Source: an uncultured Shimia sp.
GTDB taxonomy: Bacteria; Pseudomonadota; Alphaproteobacteria; Rhodobacterales; Rhodobacteraceae
Reading direction: 5' to 3'
DNA length: 64,000 nucleotides
Assembly (NCBI RefSeq): GCF_947498095.1
Contig: NZ_CANMJE010000012.1
Location: 10,029-74,028, forward strand
Below the pieces are notes generated by a model. That model saw only the letters and a list, made by a program, of their open reading frames with translations, searched no databases and was not told the origin of the DNA. Each line of letters starts with the position of its first letter. The stretch's first letter is position 1. This document shows, one piece after another, positions 24,766 to 34,199 of the stretch. The translations under genes and the position numbers were made by a program.

Positions 24766-25304
24766 GCGTTTTCCTCCTTTTCTTTCAATTCCTTGAGGCG
24801 TTTTTTTGCCTCGGAAATACGCCAGCTGACGGTGCCTTCGGAAACTTCAAGCACCTCGCCAACGTCGGCATGGGTCATATCGTCGAGTACCAACGCCAGC
24901 GTGTCACGCAAGTCATCTGGCAGGGCACGCATGGCGCGAGTCAGCCAATCGATGCGTTCGGCGGTCTCGGCATTTGCGGCCTGTCGCGCCACTTCCCAAT
25001 CTCCCCAACCTTCTGCGGCCTTGGTGTGGCTGGCCTGACGACGGCGGCGGTCATGGGCTGCGTTCACCACAACCCGATAAAGCCAGGTTGAGAACCGTGA
25101 CTGCCCGTCAAACCGCATCAACTTGGATGGCAGAGCTGCGCAGATGTCTTGCGTCAGGTCTTCGGCCTCGGCACGGGCGCTGCTCATCCGAAATGCCAGC
25201 GCAAAGATGCGGTCATAGTGGCGCGCAAGAAGGGTGGCAAAGGCCGTGCCATTACCCGCCTTGGCCTGATCAGCCAGCTTCTGGTCCGTTGCTTCCATCA
25301 TCAT
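24762..25304 (-). CDS. ECF RNA polymerase sigma factor
   Basis: AEDLTQD...FSTWLYRVVVN (region 2); VSEGTVSWRISEAKKRL (region 4); ATGA overlap with the vWA gene. Confidence 0.93.
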   Translation of the reverse strand: MMMEATDQKLADQAKAGNGTAFATLLARHYDRIFALAFRMSSARAEAEDLTQDICAALPSKLMRFDGQSRFSTWLYRVVVNAAHDRRRRQASHTKAAEGWGDWEVARQAANAETAERIDWLTRAMRALPDDLRDTLALVLDDMTHADVGEVLEVSEGTVSWRISEAKKRLKELKEKEENA

Positions 25305-25351
25305 CTTGGGTATAGGACGCAGACCAAAGGTCAATCCTTGGTAAAAAGTTC

Positions 25352-25380
25352 AAAAAAATGGGGCGCCCGAAAGCGCCCCG
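25352..25380 (-). terminator. Intrinsic terminator after gabD
   Basis: Minus strand GGGGCGC-TTTCGG-GCGCCCC followed by ATTTTTTT. Confidence 0.8.
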
Positions 25381-25401
25381 TCAATTGGATAGCTAAATCG
25401 A

Positions 25402-26877
25402 TCACACGGACATGCAGATGTACTTCATTTCAAGGTAGTCTTCGATGCCGTGGTGGCTGCCTTCGCGGCCCAGACCGGATTGCTTCACGCCGCCGAATGG
25501 GGCCACTTCGGTTGAGATGATGCCCGTGTTCACACCAACGATGCCGTATTCCAGCGCCTCGGCCACCTTGTAGACCCTGCTGAGATCTTTGGCATAGAAA
25601 TAGGACGCGAGCCCAAAGATCGTGTCATTGGCCATCGCGATCACCTCGTCCTCATCCTCGAACTTGAACAAAGGTGCCAGAGGTCCAAAGGTTTCGTCGG
25701 TTGAGAACTGCATGTCGGGCGTCGCGCCGGTGACAATCGTGGGTTGGAAGAATGTTCCGCCCAGCTCAGATGGGTTACCGCCAAGAATGACTTCGGCGCC
25801 TTTGGTCGTTGCGTCGGCGATGTGTTCTTCGACTTTGACGACCGCGTCGGCATTGATAAGGGGGCCGAAGATCGTTCCTTCCTCAAGCCCATCACCCACT
25901 TTCATGGTTTCAACGCGTGCCTTTAACTTGGCGGCGAATGCGTCATAGACTCCGGCTTGAACATAGATGCGGTTGGCGCAGACACAGGTCTGGCCGTTGT
26001 TGCGGAACTTGCACAGGATCGCACCTTCGACCGCTTCGTCGAGATCTGCGTCATCGAACACGATAAAGGGCGCGTTTCCGCCCAACTCCATTGAGCATTT
26101 CATGACCTGATCAGCGGCTTGTCGCAGCAAGATGCGTCCCACCTCGGTTGACCCGGTAAAGGTCAGCTTGCGCACTGCCGGGTTCTCGCAGAACTCTTTG
26201 CCAACTTCGGAGGAACGTGATGACGGGACGACATTGAACACCCCGGCCGGGATACCTGCGCGCTCCGCCAGTACGCCCAGCACGATAGCCGAGAGCGGGG
26301 TTTCTGCGGCAGGGCGCGCCACAAATGCACAGCCTGCGGCCAGCGCCGGGCCAGCCTTGCGGGTGATCATCGCGTTCGGGAAATTCCACGGCGTGATCGA
26401 GGCGGCAACGCCGATGGGTTGTTTGATGACGGTGATCCGCTTGTCGCGTTGGTGGCCGGGAATGGTCTCGCCATAAATACGCTTTGCCTCTTCGGCAAAG
26501 AACTCGATGAAGGATGCGCCGTAGCCAATTTCGCCCACGGCCTCAGCCAAGGGCTTGCCCATTTCTGCGGTGAGAATTGTGCCAAGGTCCTGTTGGTTCG
26601 CCATCATCAAATCGAACCATTTGCGCAGAACGGCGGCGCGTTCCTTGCCCGTCCATGTGGCCCAGTCTTTCTGCGCAGCTTCAGCTTGGGCAATGGCGCC
26701 TGCGACCTGTGCTCGGCTGATATCAGCAACGGCGGCGACAATGTCTCCGCGGGCCGGGTTTGAAACATCAAAGGTGCCATTGTCACCGTCCACCCATTGG
26801 CCACCAATGTACGCGCGGGTTTCCAGAAGGCTTGGGTCCTTCAATAAGGATTTGAGGTTGGTAACACTGTCGAGCAT
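25402..26877 (-). CDS. gabD: NAD(P)-dependent succinate-semialdehyde dehydrogenase
   Basis: ITPWNFPNAMITRK, FTGSTEVG, MELGGNAP (Glu), GQTCVCAN (Cys), ETFGP. Start moved to 26877. Confidence 0.93.
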   Translation of the reverse strand: MLDSVTNLKSLLKDPSLLETRAYIGGQWVDGDNGTFDVSNPARGDIVAAVADISRAQVAGAIAQAEAAQKDWATWTGKERAAVLRKWFDLMMANQQDLGTILTAEMGKPLAEAVGEIGYGASFIEFFAEEAKRIYGETIPGHQRDKRITVIKQPIGVAASITPWNFPNAMITRKAGPALAAGCAFVARPAAETPLSAIVLGVLAERAGIPAGVFNVVPSSRSSEVGKEFCENPAVRKLTFTGSTEVGRILLRQAADQVMKCSMELGGNAPFIVFDDADLDEAVEGAILCKFRNNGQTCVCANRIYVQAGVYDAFAAKLKARVETMKVGDGLEEGTIFGPLINADAVVKVEEHIADATTKGAEVILGGNPSELGGTFFQPTIVTGATPDMQFSTDETFGPLAPLFKFEDEDEVIAMANDTIFGLASYFYAKDLSRVYKVAEALEYGIVGVNTGIISTEVAPFGGVKQSGLGREGSHHGIEDYLEMKYICMSV

Positions 26878-26970
26878 GGCAATTCTCCGGAATTCGATGG
26901 CACTGGCGGCGGGGATGCGGCTAGGGTGCCGGGGTAAGATGATCGAAACGATACAAGACAACGTGAGAAC

Positions 26971-27780
26971 ATGAGTCAATACGCCCTTGATGATGCCTAC
27001 GCCAACGGAGCCTACATTCCAGGTGCCGAAAGTTTTCCACCGCGCTGGGCGCAAGAGGCCGAGAACTTCTGTCAATCCATGTTGAAAGAAGACCGCGCAA
27101 CCTTGGACATGCGCTACGGCGAAGGCGACCGAGAAAAACTGGATTTGTTCCTGCCCGAGGAAGAACCCGCTGGACTGTGCGTGTTTGTGCATGGTGGTTA
27201 TTGGCGCGCCTTTGACAAAACCAGCTGGTCGCATTTGGCCGCCGGTCCCCTGTCGCATGGTTGGGCCGTGGCAATGCCCTCTTATGATCTCTGCCCGGAT
27301 GTGCGCATTTCAGACATTACACTGCAGATTCTTCGGGCCGTGACCGAGGCAGCCGCACATGTTGATGGTCCTATTTTGTTGGCAGGGCATTCTGCAGGCG
27401 GGCATCTGGTGGCGCGAACGGCTTGTCAGAACGTTCTGCCCACGAACGTCGCACGGCGTTTGACGCATGTGATGCCAATCTCGCCATTGTCTGATCTACG
27501 CCCGCTCATGCAAACGTCGATGAACGAAGATTTTGCTCTGGATGACGCGGCGGCCGTGGCCGAAAGCCCGATCCTGAAATCGCCATTGAATGTTCCGATC
27601 ACTGTGTGGGTCGGAGCAGACGAGCGCCCAGCCTTCCTTGATCAGGCGCAATGGCTGGCCGAGGCGTGGGAATGTGGGCATGTTGTCGAAGAGGGGCGCC
27701 ACCACTTTGATGTCATAGAGGGTCTTGCCGATCCAAACAGTCTGATCACCCAGATGCTGGTTACGGGCGCGCGGGCATGA
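26971..27780 (+). CDS. Alpha/beta hydrolase (arylformamidase-like)
   Basis: FVHGGYW oxyanion motif, GHSAGG nucleophile, HHFDVI. Confidence 0.88.
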   Translation: MSQYALDDAYANGAYIPGAESFPPRWAQEAENFCQSMLKEDRATLDMRYGEGDREKLDLFLPEEEPAGLCVFVHGGYWRAFDKTSWSHLAAGPLSHGWAVAMPSYDLCPDVRISDITLQILRAVTEAAAHVDGPILLAGHSAGGHLVARTACQNVLPTNVARRLTHVMPISPLSDLRPLMQTSMNEDFALDDAAAVAESPILKSPLNVPITVWVGADERPAFLDQAQWLAEAWECGHVVEEGRHHFDVIEGLADPNSLITQMLVTGARA

Positions 27781-29360
27781 GCTGGGACTATATTGTTGTT
27801 GGCGCTGGCAGTGCTGGCTGTGTTGTTGCCAACCGGCTAAGCTCAGCAGGTCACAAAGTGCTGCTTTTGGAAGCTGGAGGACGTGACAACTATCACTGGA
27901 TTCACATCCCGATGGGCTACCTCTATTGCATTGGAAATCCGCGGACCGATTGGATGTATAAGACCGCGCCTGACGCTGGGTTGAACGGGCGCGCGTTGCT
28001 TTATCCTCGCGGTAAGGTGTTGGGTGGCTGCTCGTCAATCAACGGCATGTTGTACCTGCGCGGGCAAGCGGCGGATTATGATGGTTGGCGTCAAATGGGC
28101 AATCCCGGCTGGGGCTGGGACGACGTGTTGCCCCTGTTCAAAAAGGTCGAAGACTACATGGACGGCCCGTCAGAAATGCATGGCGCCGGAGGCGAGTGGC
28201 ACGTCGATAACCAACGTCTGCGCTGGGATGTGTTGGACGATTGGATGGCGGCTGCCGAGGCTACGGGGATTAAACGGACAGATGACTTCAACACCGGCGG
28301 CAATGCCGGCGTGGGCTATTTCAAAGTAAACCAGTCCAAGGGCTTGCGGTTGAACACCGCCAAGGCGTTCCTACGGTCTGCACGCAATGCAAAGCTTAAG
28401 GTCGAGACCCATGCCCATACTCGGCGCCTGATCCTGCAAGAGGGCCGCGTGGTGGGTGTGGAGTACGACCAGAACGGATCGACCAAACAGACGCGCTGCA
28501 ATGCCGAAGTGGTGCTCTGTGCCGGAGCCGTAAACTCGCCTCAAATCCTGCAGCTATCGGGCATAGGTCCTGCTGCTGTTTTGAAAGAACATGGCGTTGA
28601 GGTCATGCACGAAGCAGCGCAAGTCGGTGAGAACCTGCAAGATCACTTGCAACTGCGCTGTGCCTGGCGATTGCAGGGCGCCAAAACTCTGAACACAATG
28701 GCGAACTCGTGGATCGGTAAGGCGCGGATCGGGGCGGAGTATCTGCTGAAACGCTCAGGTCCGATGTCGATGGCACCGTCGCAACTGGGTGCCTTTACCA
28801 AGTCGCGCCCGGACCTCGAAACACCCGATCTGGAATACCATGTGCAACCGCTCACGCTGGAAGCATTTGGGCGACCGTTGCATGACTTTCCCGGCATGAC
28901 AGCCAGCGTATGCAACCTGAGACCGGAAAGCCGCGGCCATGTGCGTATCGCATCACCAGATCCGCATGTCGCACCGGAAATTGCACCGAATTACCTATCG
29001 ACCGAAGGGGATCGTGCCGTTGCGGTGTCCGCCCTGCGTCAGGCCCGCCACATCATGGCGCAATCGCCTATGGCCAAATACGCACCAGAAGAGATGAAGC
29101 CGGGGATCACCGCGCGGGATGACCAAGAGCTCGCGCAAGCTGCAGGTGACATTGGCACCACGATCTTTCACCCAGTCAGCACAGTTCGGATGGGATCGGA
29201 CGCCGCCGCGCCACTCGACCCGCAATTGCGGATGAAAGGGGTGCCCGGTCTGCGCGTGGCCGATGCATCCATCATGCCAACAATCACAAGCGGAAATACA
29301 AACTCGCCGACCATTATGATCGGCGAGAAAGCAGCTCAGATGATTTTGGAAGGGGCCTAG
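27777..29360 (+). CDS. GMC-family flavin oxidoreductase (choline dehydrogenase-like)
   Basis: GAGSAG, RGKVLGGCSSINGM, FHPVSTVRMG, GNTNSPTIMIGEK. Confidence 0.93.
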   Translation: MSWDYIVVGAGSAGCVVANRLSSAGHKVLLLEAGGRDNYHWIHIPMGYLYCIGNPRTDWMYKTAPDAGLNGRALLYPRGKVLGGCSSINGMLYLRGQAADYDGWRQMGNPGWGWDDVLPLFKKVEDYMDGPSEMHGAGGEWHVDNQRLRWDVLDDWMAAAEATGIKRTDDFNTGGNAGVGYFKVNQSKGLRLNTAKAFLRSARNAKLKVETHAHTRRLILQEGRVVGVEYDQNGSTKQTRCNAEVVLCAGAVNSPQILQLSGIGPAAVLKEHGVEVMHEAAQVGENLQDHLQLRCAWRLQGAKTLNTMANSWIGKARIGAEYLLKRSGPMSMAPSQLGAFTKSRPDLETPDLEYHVQPLTLEAFGRPLHDFPGMTASVCNLRPESRGHVRIASPDPHVAPEIAPNYLSTEGDRAVAVSALRQARHIMAQSPMAKYAPEEMKPGITARDDQELAQAAGDIGTTIFHPVSTVRMGSDAAAPLDPQLRMKGVPGLRVADASIMPTITSGNTNSPTIMIGEKAAQMILEGA

Positions 29361-30242
29361 TTAAGCCTCTTCGCCACCCTCAGGCTCTAACTTGTCCTGG
29401 GTGCGGGTCTCAAAGTCTTCGGCAGAGTGACGTTCTCGCAGTTGCGTGTGCAACTCGCCAAAGGCCCGGTTGACCATCACGCCGCGTTTCACGGCTGGGC
29501 GGTCATTGATCTCATTCGCCCAGCGTTGAACGTTTTTGTAGCTGGCAACGTCCAGGAACTCACCGGCCCCGTAGAGGCGACCCAGAGCCAATGCGCCATA
29601 CCATGCCCAGATCGCGATGTCGGCAATGGTGTAATCGTCGCCCACCATGTAACGGCTTTCGGCAAGGTGACGATCCAGCACATCCAGCTGACGCTTGGTC
29701 TCCATTGCGAACCGGTCAATCGGGTACTGCCACTTTTCAGGCGCATAGGCGTAGAAGTGACCAAAGCCACCACCTAAATAGGGGGCGCTGCCCATTTGCC
29801 AGAACAGCCATGACAGCATTTCCGGGCGTTTGGCCGGGTCCGACGGCAGAAAGGCATCAAAGGTTTCTGCCAGATGCAACAGGATGGCACCCGATTCAAA
29901 CACGCGGGTTGGCGTGGCGCCGCTGCGATCCATAAGGGCTGGGATCTTCGAATTCGGGTTGACGTCAACAAATCCCGATCCGAACTGATCACCGTCACCG
30001 ATATTGATCAGCCAAGCGTCATATTCTGCGCCCGCGTGGCCGGAGGCCAGCAACTCTTCGAGCATCACGGTGACCTTTACACCGTTGGGCGTTGCCAGCG
30101 AATAGAGCTGATAGGAATGCTCGCCTACGGGCAGGTCTTTGTCGTGGGTTGGCCCGGCGATGGGACGGTTGATGCTGGCGAATCTTCCGCCGCTCTCGGA
30201 TTCCCAGGTCCAGACTTTCGGGGGGGTATAGGTGTCGGTCAT
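29361..30242 (-). CDS. yghU: Glutathione-dependent disulfide oxidoreductase (Nu-class GST)
   Basis: MTDTYTPPKVWTW...FASINRPIAG...YSLATPNGVKV...NPNSKIPAL...FESGAIL. Start moved to 30242. Confidence 0.93.
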   Translation of the reverse strand: MTDTYTPPKVWTWESESGGRFASINRPIAGPTHDKDLPVGEHSYQLYSLATPNGVKVTVMLEELLASGHAGAEYDAWLINIGDGDQFGSGFVDVNPNSKIPALMDRSGATPTRVFESGAILLHLAETFDAFLPSDPAKRPEMLSWLFWQMGSAPYLGGGFGHFYAYAPEKWQYPIDRFAMETKRQLDVLDRHLAESRYMVGDDYTIADIAIWAWYGALALGRLYGAGEFLDVASYKNVQRWANEINDRPAVKRGVMVNRAFGELHTQLRERHSAEDFETRTQDKLEPEGGEEA

Positions 30243-30389
30243 GATCTCGCGCTTTGTCTTTGAGGTATCGCCCCAATTTAGGGTCGAAACAGGATTTGTG
30301 CAGGGGGTGAGCCAAATTTGTTTCACCCAACAGCCAACCTGTGCCTGCTGAAACTTCCGTTGCGTCGCCTTGGCTGCGGTTAAGTTGAC

Positions 30390-30409
30390 AACATACTCGG
30401 TAGTATGTT
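30390..30409. promoter_or_regulatory. Candidate TetR operator
   Basis: AACATACT-CGGT-AGTATGTT, a perfect 8-bp dyad abutting TTGACA (30385-30390), upstream of the TetR gene. Confidence 0.75.
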
Positions 30410-30445
30410 TGCGTTGAGAGAACAAGACTACGGAAACAGCTAACA

Positions 30446-31108
30446 ATGTCTGCACCTGCCCAAAAACCAAAATCGGACCGTTACGAGGAAATCCTCGAGG
30501 CGGCGGCCGAGTGTTTCCAAAAGCAGGGTTTCTCGGCAACTTCCATCGACACTGTGGCGCGTCACCTCGGATCGACCAAGGGCCGGGTCTACCACTATTT
30601 TCCGTCCAAGATGGACCTGTTCAATGCAGTGCGGGACAGGGCCATGGAAATTGCCTTTGATGGCATCCGACCAGGTTATGACACGGATGCAGATCCGATT
30701 GAACGCTTGCGGCTGATGTCCATGGGGCATGCCCGTGTGATGATGCTACGCCATTCTTACATGCAGGTCCTGTTGGATGGTCTGCAGATGCAGCGCTACG
30801 GAGCGACGACAGAATTCCAGCGTCAGGCTATGGCGCGGCATCTTGCCGAGCGCAATGCATTCGAAACCATGTTCCGCGAGGTTCTGACCCTTGGTGCCGA
30901 TCAAGGCGTGATGACCATCGGACATATGTCGATCACGCTGCAAAGCTATCTGATCACTTTGAATGGGCCGGTATTCTGGTACCGGCCTCGGTCCGATGGC
31001 AGTGCCGACAATGTTGACGCCATCGCCCATGACATCGTGCGCTACGCCATGCGAGGGCTGGGCATCGACGACAATGACAATACATCGACAATCAGCACTG
31101 GAGCCTGA
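30446..31108 (+). CDS. TetR/AcrR-family regulator
   Basis: ILEAAAECFQKQGFSATSIDTVARHLGSTKGRVYHYFPSK. Confidence 0.93.
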   Translation: MSAPAQKPKSDRYEEILEAAAECFQKQGFSATSIDTVARHLGSTKGRVYHYFPSKMDLFNAVRDRAMEIAFDGIRPGYDTDADPIERLRLMSMGHARVMMLRHSYMQVLLDGLQMQRYGATTEFQRQAMARHLAERNAFETMFREVLTLGADQGVMTIGHMSITLQSYLITLNGPVFWYRPRSDGSADNVDAIAHDIVRYAMRGLGIDDNDNTSTISTGA

Positions 31109-31109
31109 G

Positions 31110-32144
31110 ATGAGCGACTTACCACAAACAATGTTCGCCGTTTTGCAAACGGGAGACGGGTATTCCGGTCGCTTTGACGGTCCAGCGATCGAAGATGCCG
31201 CGGACTATCTTGAAGGCGCCGAAGTGCCAGTGCCCACGCCGGGACCGGGACAGGTTTTGATCAAGGTCCGCGTGTCCTCTGTGAATCCGTCCGATCTGCA
31301 TTTTATCAAAGGCGAATACGGTCAACCGCGTCTGAAGGGCAATCCAGCGGGTTTTGAGGGCTGTGGTGACGTGGTTGCCGCGGGTGAAGGGGCCGAAGGG
31401 ATGATGGGCCAGCGCGTCAGCTTTGTCGTGGCCCAAGGGTGTTCAGGAGCCTGGGCAGACTATGCCACGACAATGGCGATGAATTGCATCCCCCTGCGCC
31501 CTGATGTTTCGGACGAAGATGGCGCGGCCCAGATCGTCAACCCTCTGACCGCGATGGCGATGGTGGATATGGCGCGCCAGGCCGGTGAGTCGTTTATTGT
31601 CTCGGCGGCCACCAGTCAGCTTGGCAAATTGATGATTTCGCTGGGCCGTGATCTGGGGTTGAAGCCCATTGCCATTGTGCGCCGTGAAGAAGCAGTTACA
31701 GCTCTTAAAGAGATGGGCGCGGCCGAGGTTTTGGTCTCAACCGATCCAAATATGTCTGAGGCCTTCAAGACGATTTCGCGCGAATTAAAACCACGCGTAT
31801 TCCTCGATTGCGTGTCTGACCAGATGTCTGAACAGATTTTTGCGGCCATGCCAAATGGCGCGCGCTGGGTCACATATGGCAAACTGACCGAGGAGCTGCC
31901 AAAGCTCACCCAAATGGGACAGTTCATCTTCATGGGCAAAAAGATCGAAGGCTTCTGGCTGACCAACTGGATGCGCAATACGCCACCCGCCGATCAGATT
32001 CGCGTTGTGGGTGAAGTTCAGGCCCGGTTCGCCGATGGACGCTGGAAAACCGACGTTTCAACGCGTTTGGCGTTACGTGACGTAGTGTCAGGTTTGGCTG
32101 AAGCCACGAAAAAGACTGACGGTAAGGTGATGATTACGCCATAG
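31110..32144 (+). CDS. Zn-independent MDR oxidoreductase (quinone reductase / enoyl-thioester reductase-like)
   Basis: VNPSDL, PAGFEGCG, VNPLTA, AATSQLG; no Zn-ligand cluster. Start moved to ATG 31110. Confidence 0.88.
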   Translation: MSDLPQTMFAVLQTGDGYSGRFDGPAIEDAADYLEGAEVPVPTPGPGQVLIKVRVSSVNPSDLHFIKGEYGQPRLKGNPAGFEGCGDVVAAGEGAEGMMGQRVSFVVAQGCSGAWADYATTMAMNCIPLRPDVSDEDGAAQIVNPLTAMAMVDMARQAGESFIVSAATSQLGKLMISLGRDLGLKPIAIVRREEAVTALKEMGAAEVLVSTDPNMSEAFKTISRELKPRVFLDCVSDQMSEQIFAAMPNGARWVTYGKLTEELPKLTQMGQFIFMGKKIEGFWLTNWMRNTPPADQIRVVGEVQARFADGRWKTDVSTRLALRDVVSGLAEATKKTDGKVMITP

Positions 32145-32221
32145 TGAGTGTGTGATGTTGTGGGGAAGAGGAGCCCTGCAACAGCAACAAGACGCCGGAC
32201 AACCGGTGCGGGGAGGAAAAT

Positions 32222-33097
32222 TTGGACACTTTGCAGCTCTTGATTAGCGGGCTTGCGAACGGCTGTGTATACGGCTTGATCGCGCTGGGCTTTGTTCTGA
32301 TCTACAAGGCGACCGAAGCCGTGAATTTCGCCCAGGGCGATTTCATGATGCTTGGGGCCTTTGTCACCATTGGCCTGACCAATGCGGGATACATGGGAGT
32401 GCCTTTCTGGCTCGCCGTGCCGATCTCGATCACCATCATGGCCGCGCTGGGCTATCTTCTGGATCGCTTTGTGATCCGTCTGATGTTTGGGCAAAGCCAG
32501 ACCGCCGTTGTCATTCTGACCATCGCGCTGGGCTTTGTGATCCGGTTTGTTGCCGGCATGATCTGGGGGCACGAACCGCAGTCGCTGGAAAACCCGCTTG
32601 CCGGTAAAGAACTGCGCTTGGGCGAGTTGGTGCTAGGTATGGAAGACGTCGCTGTGATCGTTGTGACCGTCTTGCTGACATGGGGGCTCTACGAGTTTTT
32701 CAATCGCACCAAAATGGGTCTTGCTATGCAGGGCGCGTCTCAGAACCAGTTGGCGGCCTATTATATGGGTGTGCCGGTCAAGCGTGTTCAGGGCTTTATC
32801 TGGGCGCTTGCAGGCGCAGTTGCCTGTATCGCGGGCATCCTTTTTGCCGCCAAAGGCGCTGTAGACCCCAGCACTGGATTGATGGGGATCAAGGCATTTG
32901 CCGCTGCCGTGATCGGCGGATTTGGCAGCTTGCCCGGAGCCTTGGCAGGCGGGTTGATCGTAGGCGTGATTGAACCTTTCGCCAGCCGCTATATTGCGGC
33001 CGGATATAGTCAGGTTGCGCCTTATGCCTTGCTTCTAGCGGTACTGATCTTCCGACCGCACGGATTGTTTTCCCAAGTCCGCGTGAAGAAGGTTTGA
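32222..33097 (+). CDS. HAAT-type ABC permease (LivH-like)
   Basis: YGLIALGFVLIYK...NFAQG, KAFAAAVIGGFGSLPGALAGG; TTG start with GGAGG RBS. Confidence 0.92.
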   Translation: MDTLQLLISGLANGCVYGLIALGFVLIYKATEAVNFAQGDFMMLGAFVTIGLTNAGYMGVPFWLAVPISITIMAALGYLLDRFVIRLMFGQSQTAVVILTIALGFVIRFVAGMIWGHEPQSLENPLAGKELRLGELVLGMEDVAVIVVTVLLTWGLYEFFNRTKMGLAMQGASQNQLAAYYMGVPVKRVQGFIWALAGAVACIAGILFAAKGAVDPSTGLMGIKAFAAAVIGGFGSLPGALAGGLIVGVIEPFASRYIAAGYSQVAPYALLLAVLIFRPHGLFSQVRVKKV

Positions 33098-33101
33098 TGC
33101 C

Positions 33102-34199
33102 ATGAGGATTGTTTTTAAAACCGACTACATGCAGGACATCCGTCCGTGGAAAGACCGCTATCAACTGGGTCTTTATCTGATCCTTCTGGCCGTGGTGTTC
33201 GCGGCGCCCATGGTGATTGATGACTTTTACCTCGGTGAATTGACGAACGTGCTGATCTGGGCGCTGGCGGGTATGGGTCTGATGATCCTGACCGGGCACA
33301 CCGGGCAAGCCAGCCTCGGCCACGCCGCGTTCCTGGCCTTTGGGTGCTATGCCAACATCATCCTTATGGAACAGGGCGTGCCGTTCATGGTGGCCTTTCC
33401 GGTTGCCGGACTGCTGACCGGCATTGTCGGGGTCATCATCGCGATCCCAGCCTTGCGGCTGCACGGCATCTATCTCGCCATTGCGACGCTGGCCATGTCG
33501 ATCCTGACTGATGACATCATTGTTCTGACCGAACCTTGGACCGGTGGTGTTGGGGGTAAATACGCGCCGTCCGTGAACGTCTTTGGGTTTGATATCGACC
33601 GCTGGGGCACGCCAAAAGAATTCTACTACCTCGTGCTGGGGGTCGTTGTGATCGTGACCCTTGGGTATATCAACCTGATGCGCGCCCCCCTTGGGCGCAG
33701 CTTTATCGCGGTGCGTGACTCCGAAGTTTCAGCGCAGGCGATGGGGGTCGACATTGCGCGCACCAAGGCAATGTCCTTTGGTCTGTCCTGTGCCGTCACC
33801 GGCTTGGCAGGTGCGTTGATGGGATTGTTTGCTGGCGCGTTCAACAACGAAACCTTCAGCGTCATTATCTCGATCGAGTTGTTGATGATGATCGTCATCG
33901 GGGGCCTTGGCTCGATCCATGGAGCGTTCTTTGGCGCCATCGTTATTGGTTTCCTGCCGCAATTCCTGTCGATCTCAAAAGAATGGGTCGGGGCTGTGTT
34001 TGGCGGCTCAAGCGTGGCCATTCCGGGTCTCGAGTTCGGTGTCTTTGGCATGATCCTGATCGGATTTATCCTGTTTGAACCGATGGGAATTTATGGCCGC
34101 TGGCTCAAGATCCGTACGTTCTTTGAACTGTTTCCGTTCTATCGAAAAGACATGTTCAAACGTCAGAAGTCCTATCTGAAAACGGAGCGTCTGAGATGA
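33102..34199 (+). CDS. HAAT-type ABC permease (LivM-like)
   Basis: GQASLGHAAF, RLHGIYLAIATL, IAVRDSEVSAQAMGV, IGGLGSIHG. Confidence 0.92.
   Translation: MRIVFKTDYMQDIRPWKDRYQLGLYLILLAVVFAAPMVIDDFYLGELTNVLIWALAGMGLMILTGHTGQASLGHAAFLAFGCYANIILMEQGVPFMVAFPVAGLLTGIVGVIIAIPALRLHGIYLAIATLAMSILTDDIIVLTEPWTGGVGGKYAPSVNVFGFDIDRWGTPKEFYYLVLGVVVIVTLGYINLMRAPLGRSFIAVRDSEVSAQAMGVDIARTKAMSFGLSCAVTGLAGALMGLFAGAFNNETFSVIISIELLMMIVIGGLGSIHGAFFGAIVIGFLPQFLSISKEWVGAVFGGSSVAIPGLEFGVFGMILIGFILFEPMGIYGRWLKIRTFFELFPFYRKDMFKRQKSYLKTERLR

Noticed and set aside
26878-27258. ORF-track 618-aa version of gabD
   Set aside because: The extension overlaps the divergent hydrolase. Homology begins at MLDSVTNLK (26877).
30243-30539. 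ORF-track extension of yghU
   Set aside because: It runs through the TetR promoter, operator and gene start. The family N-terminus begins at 30242.
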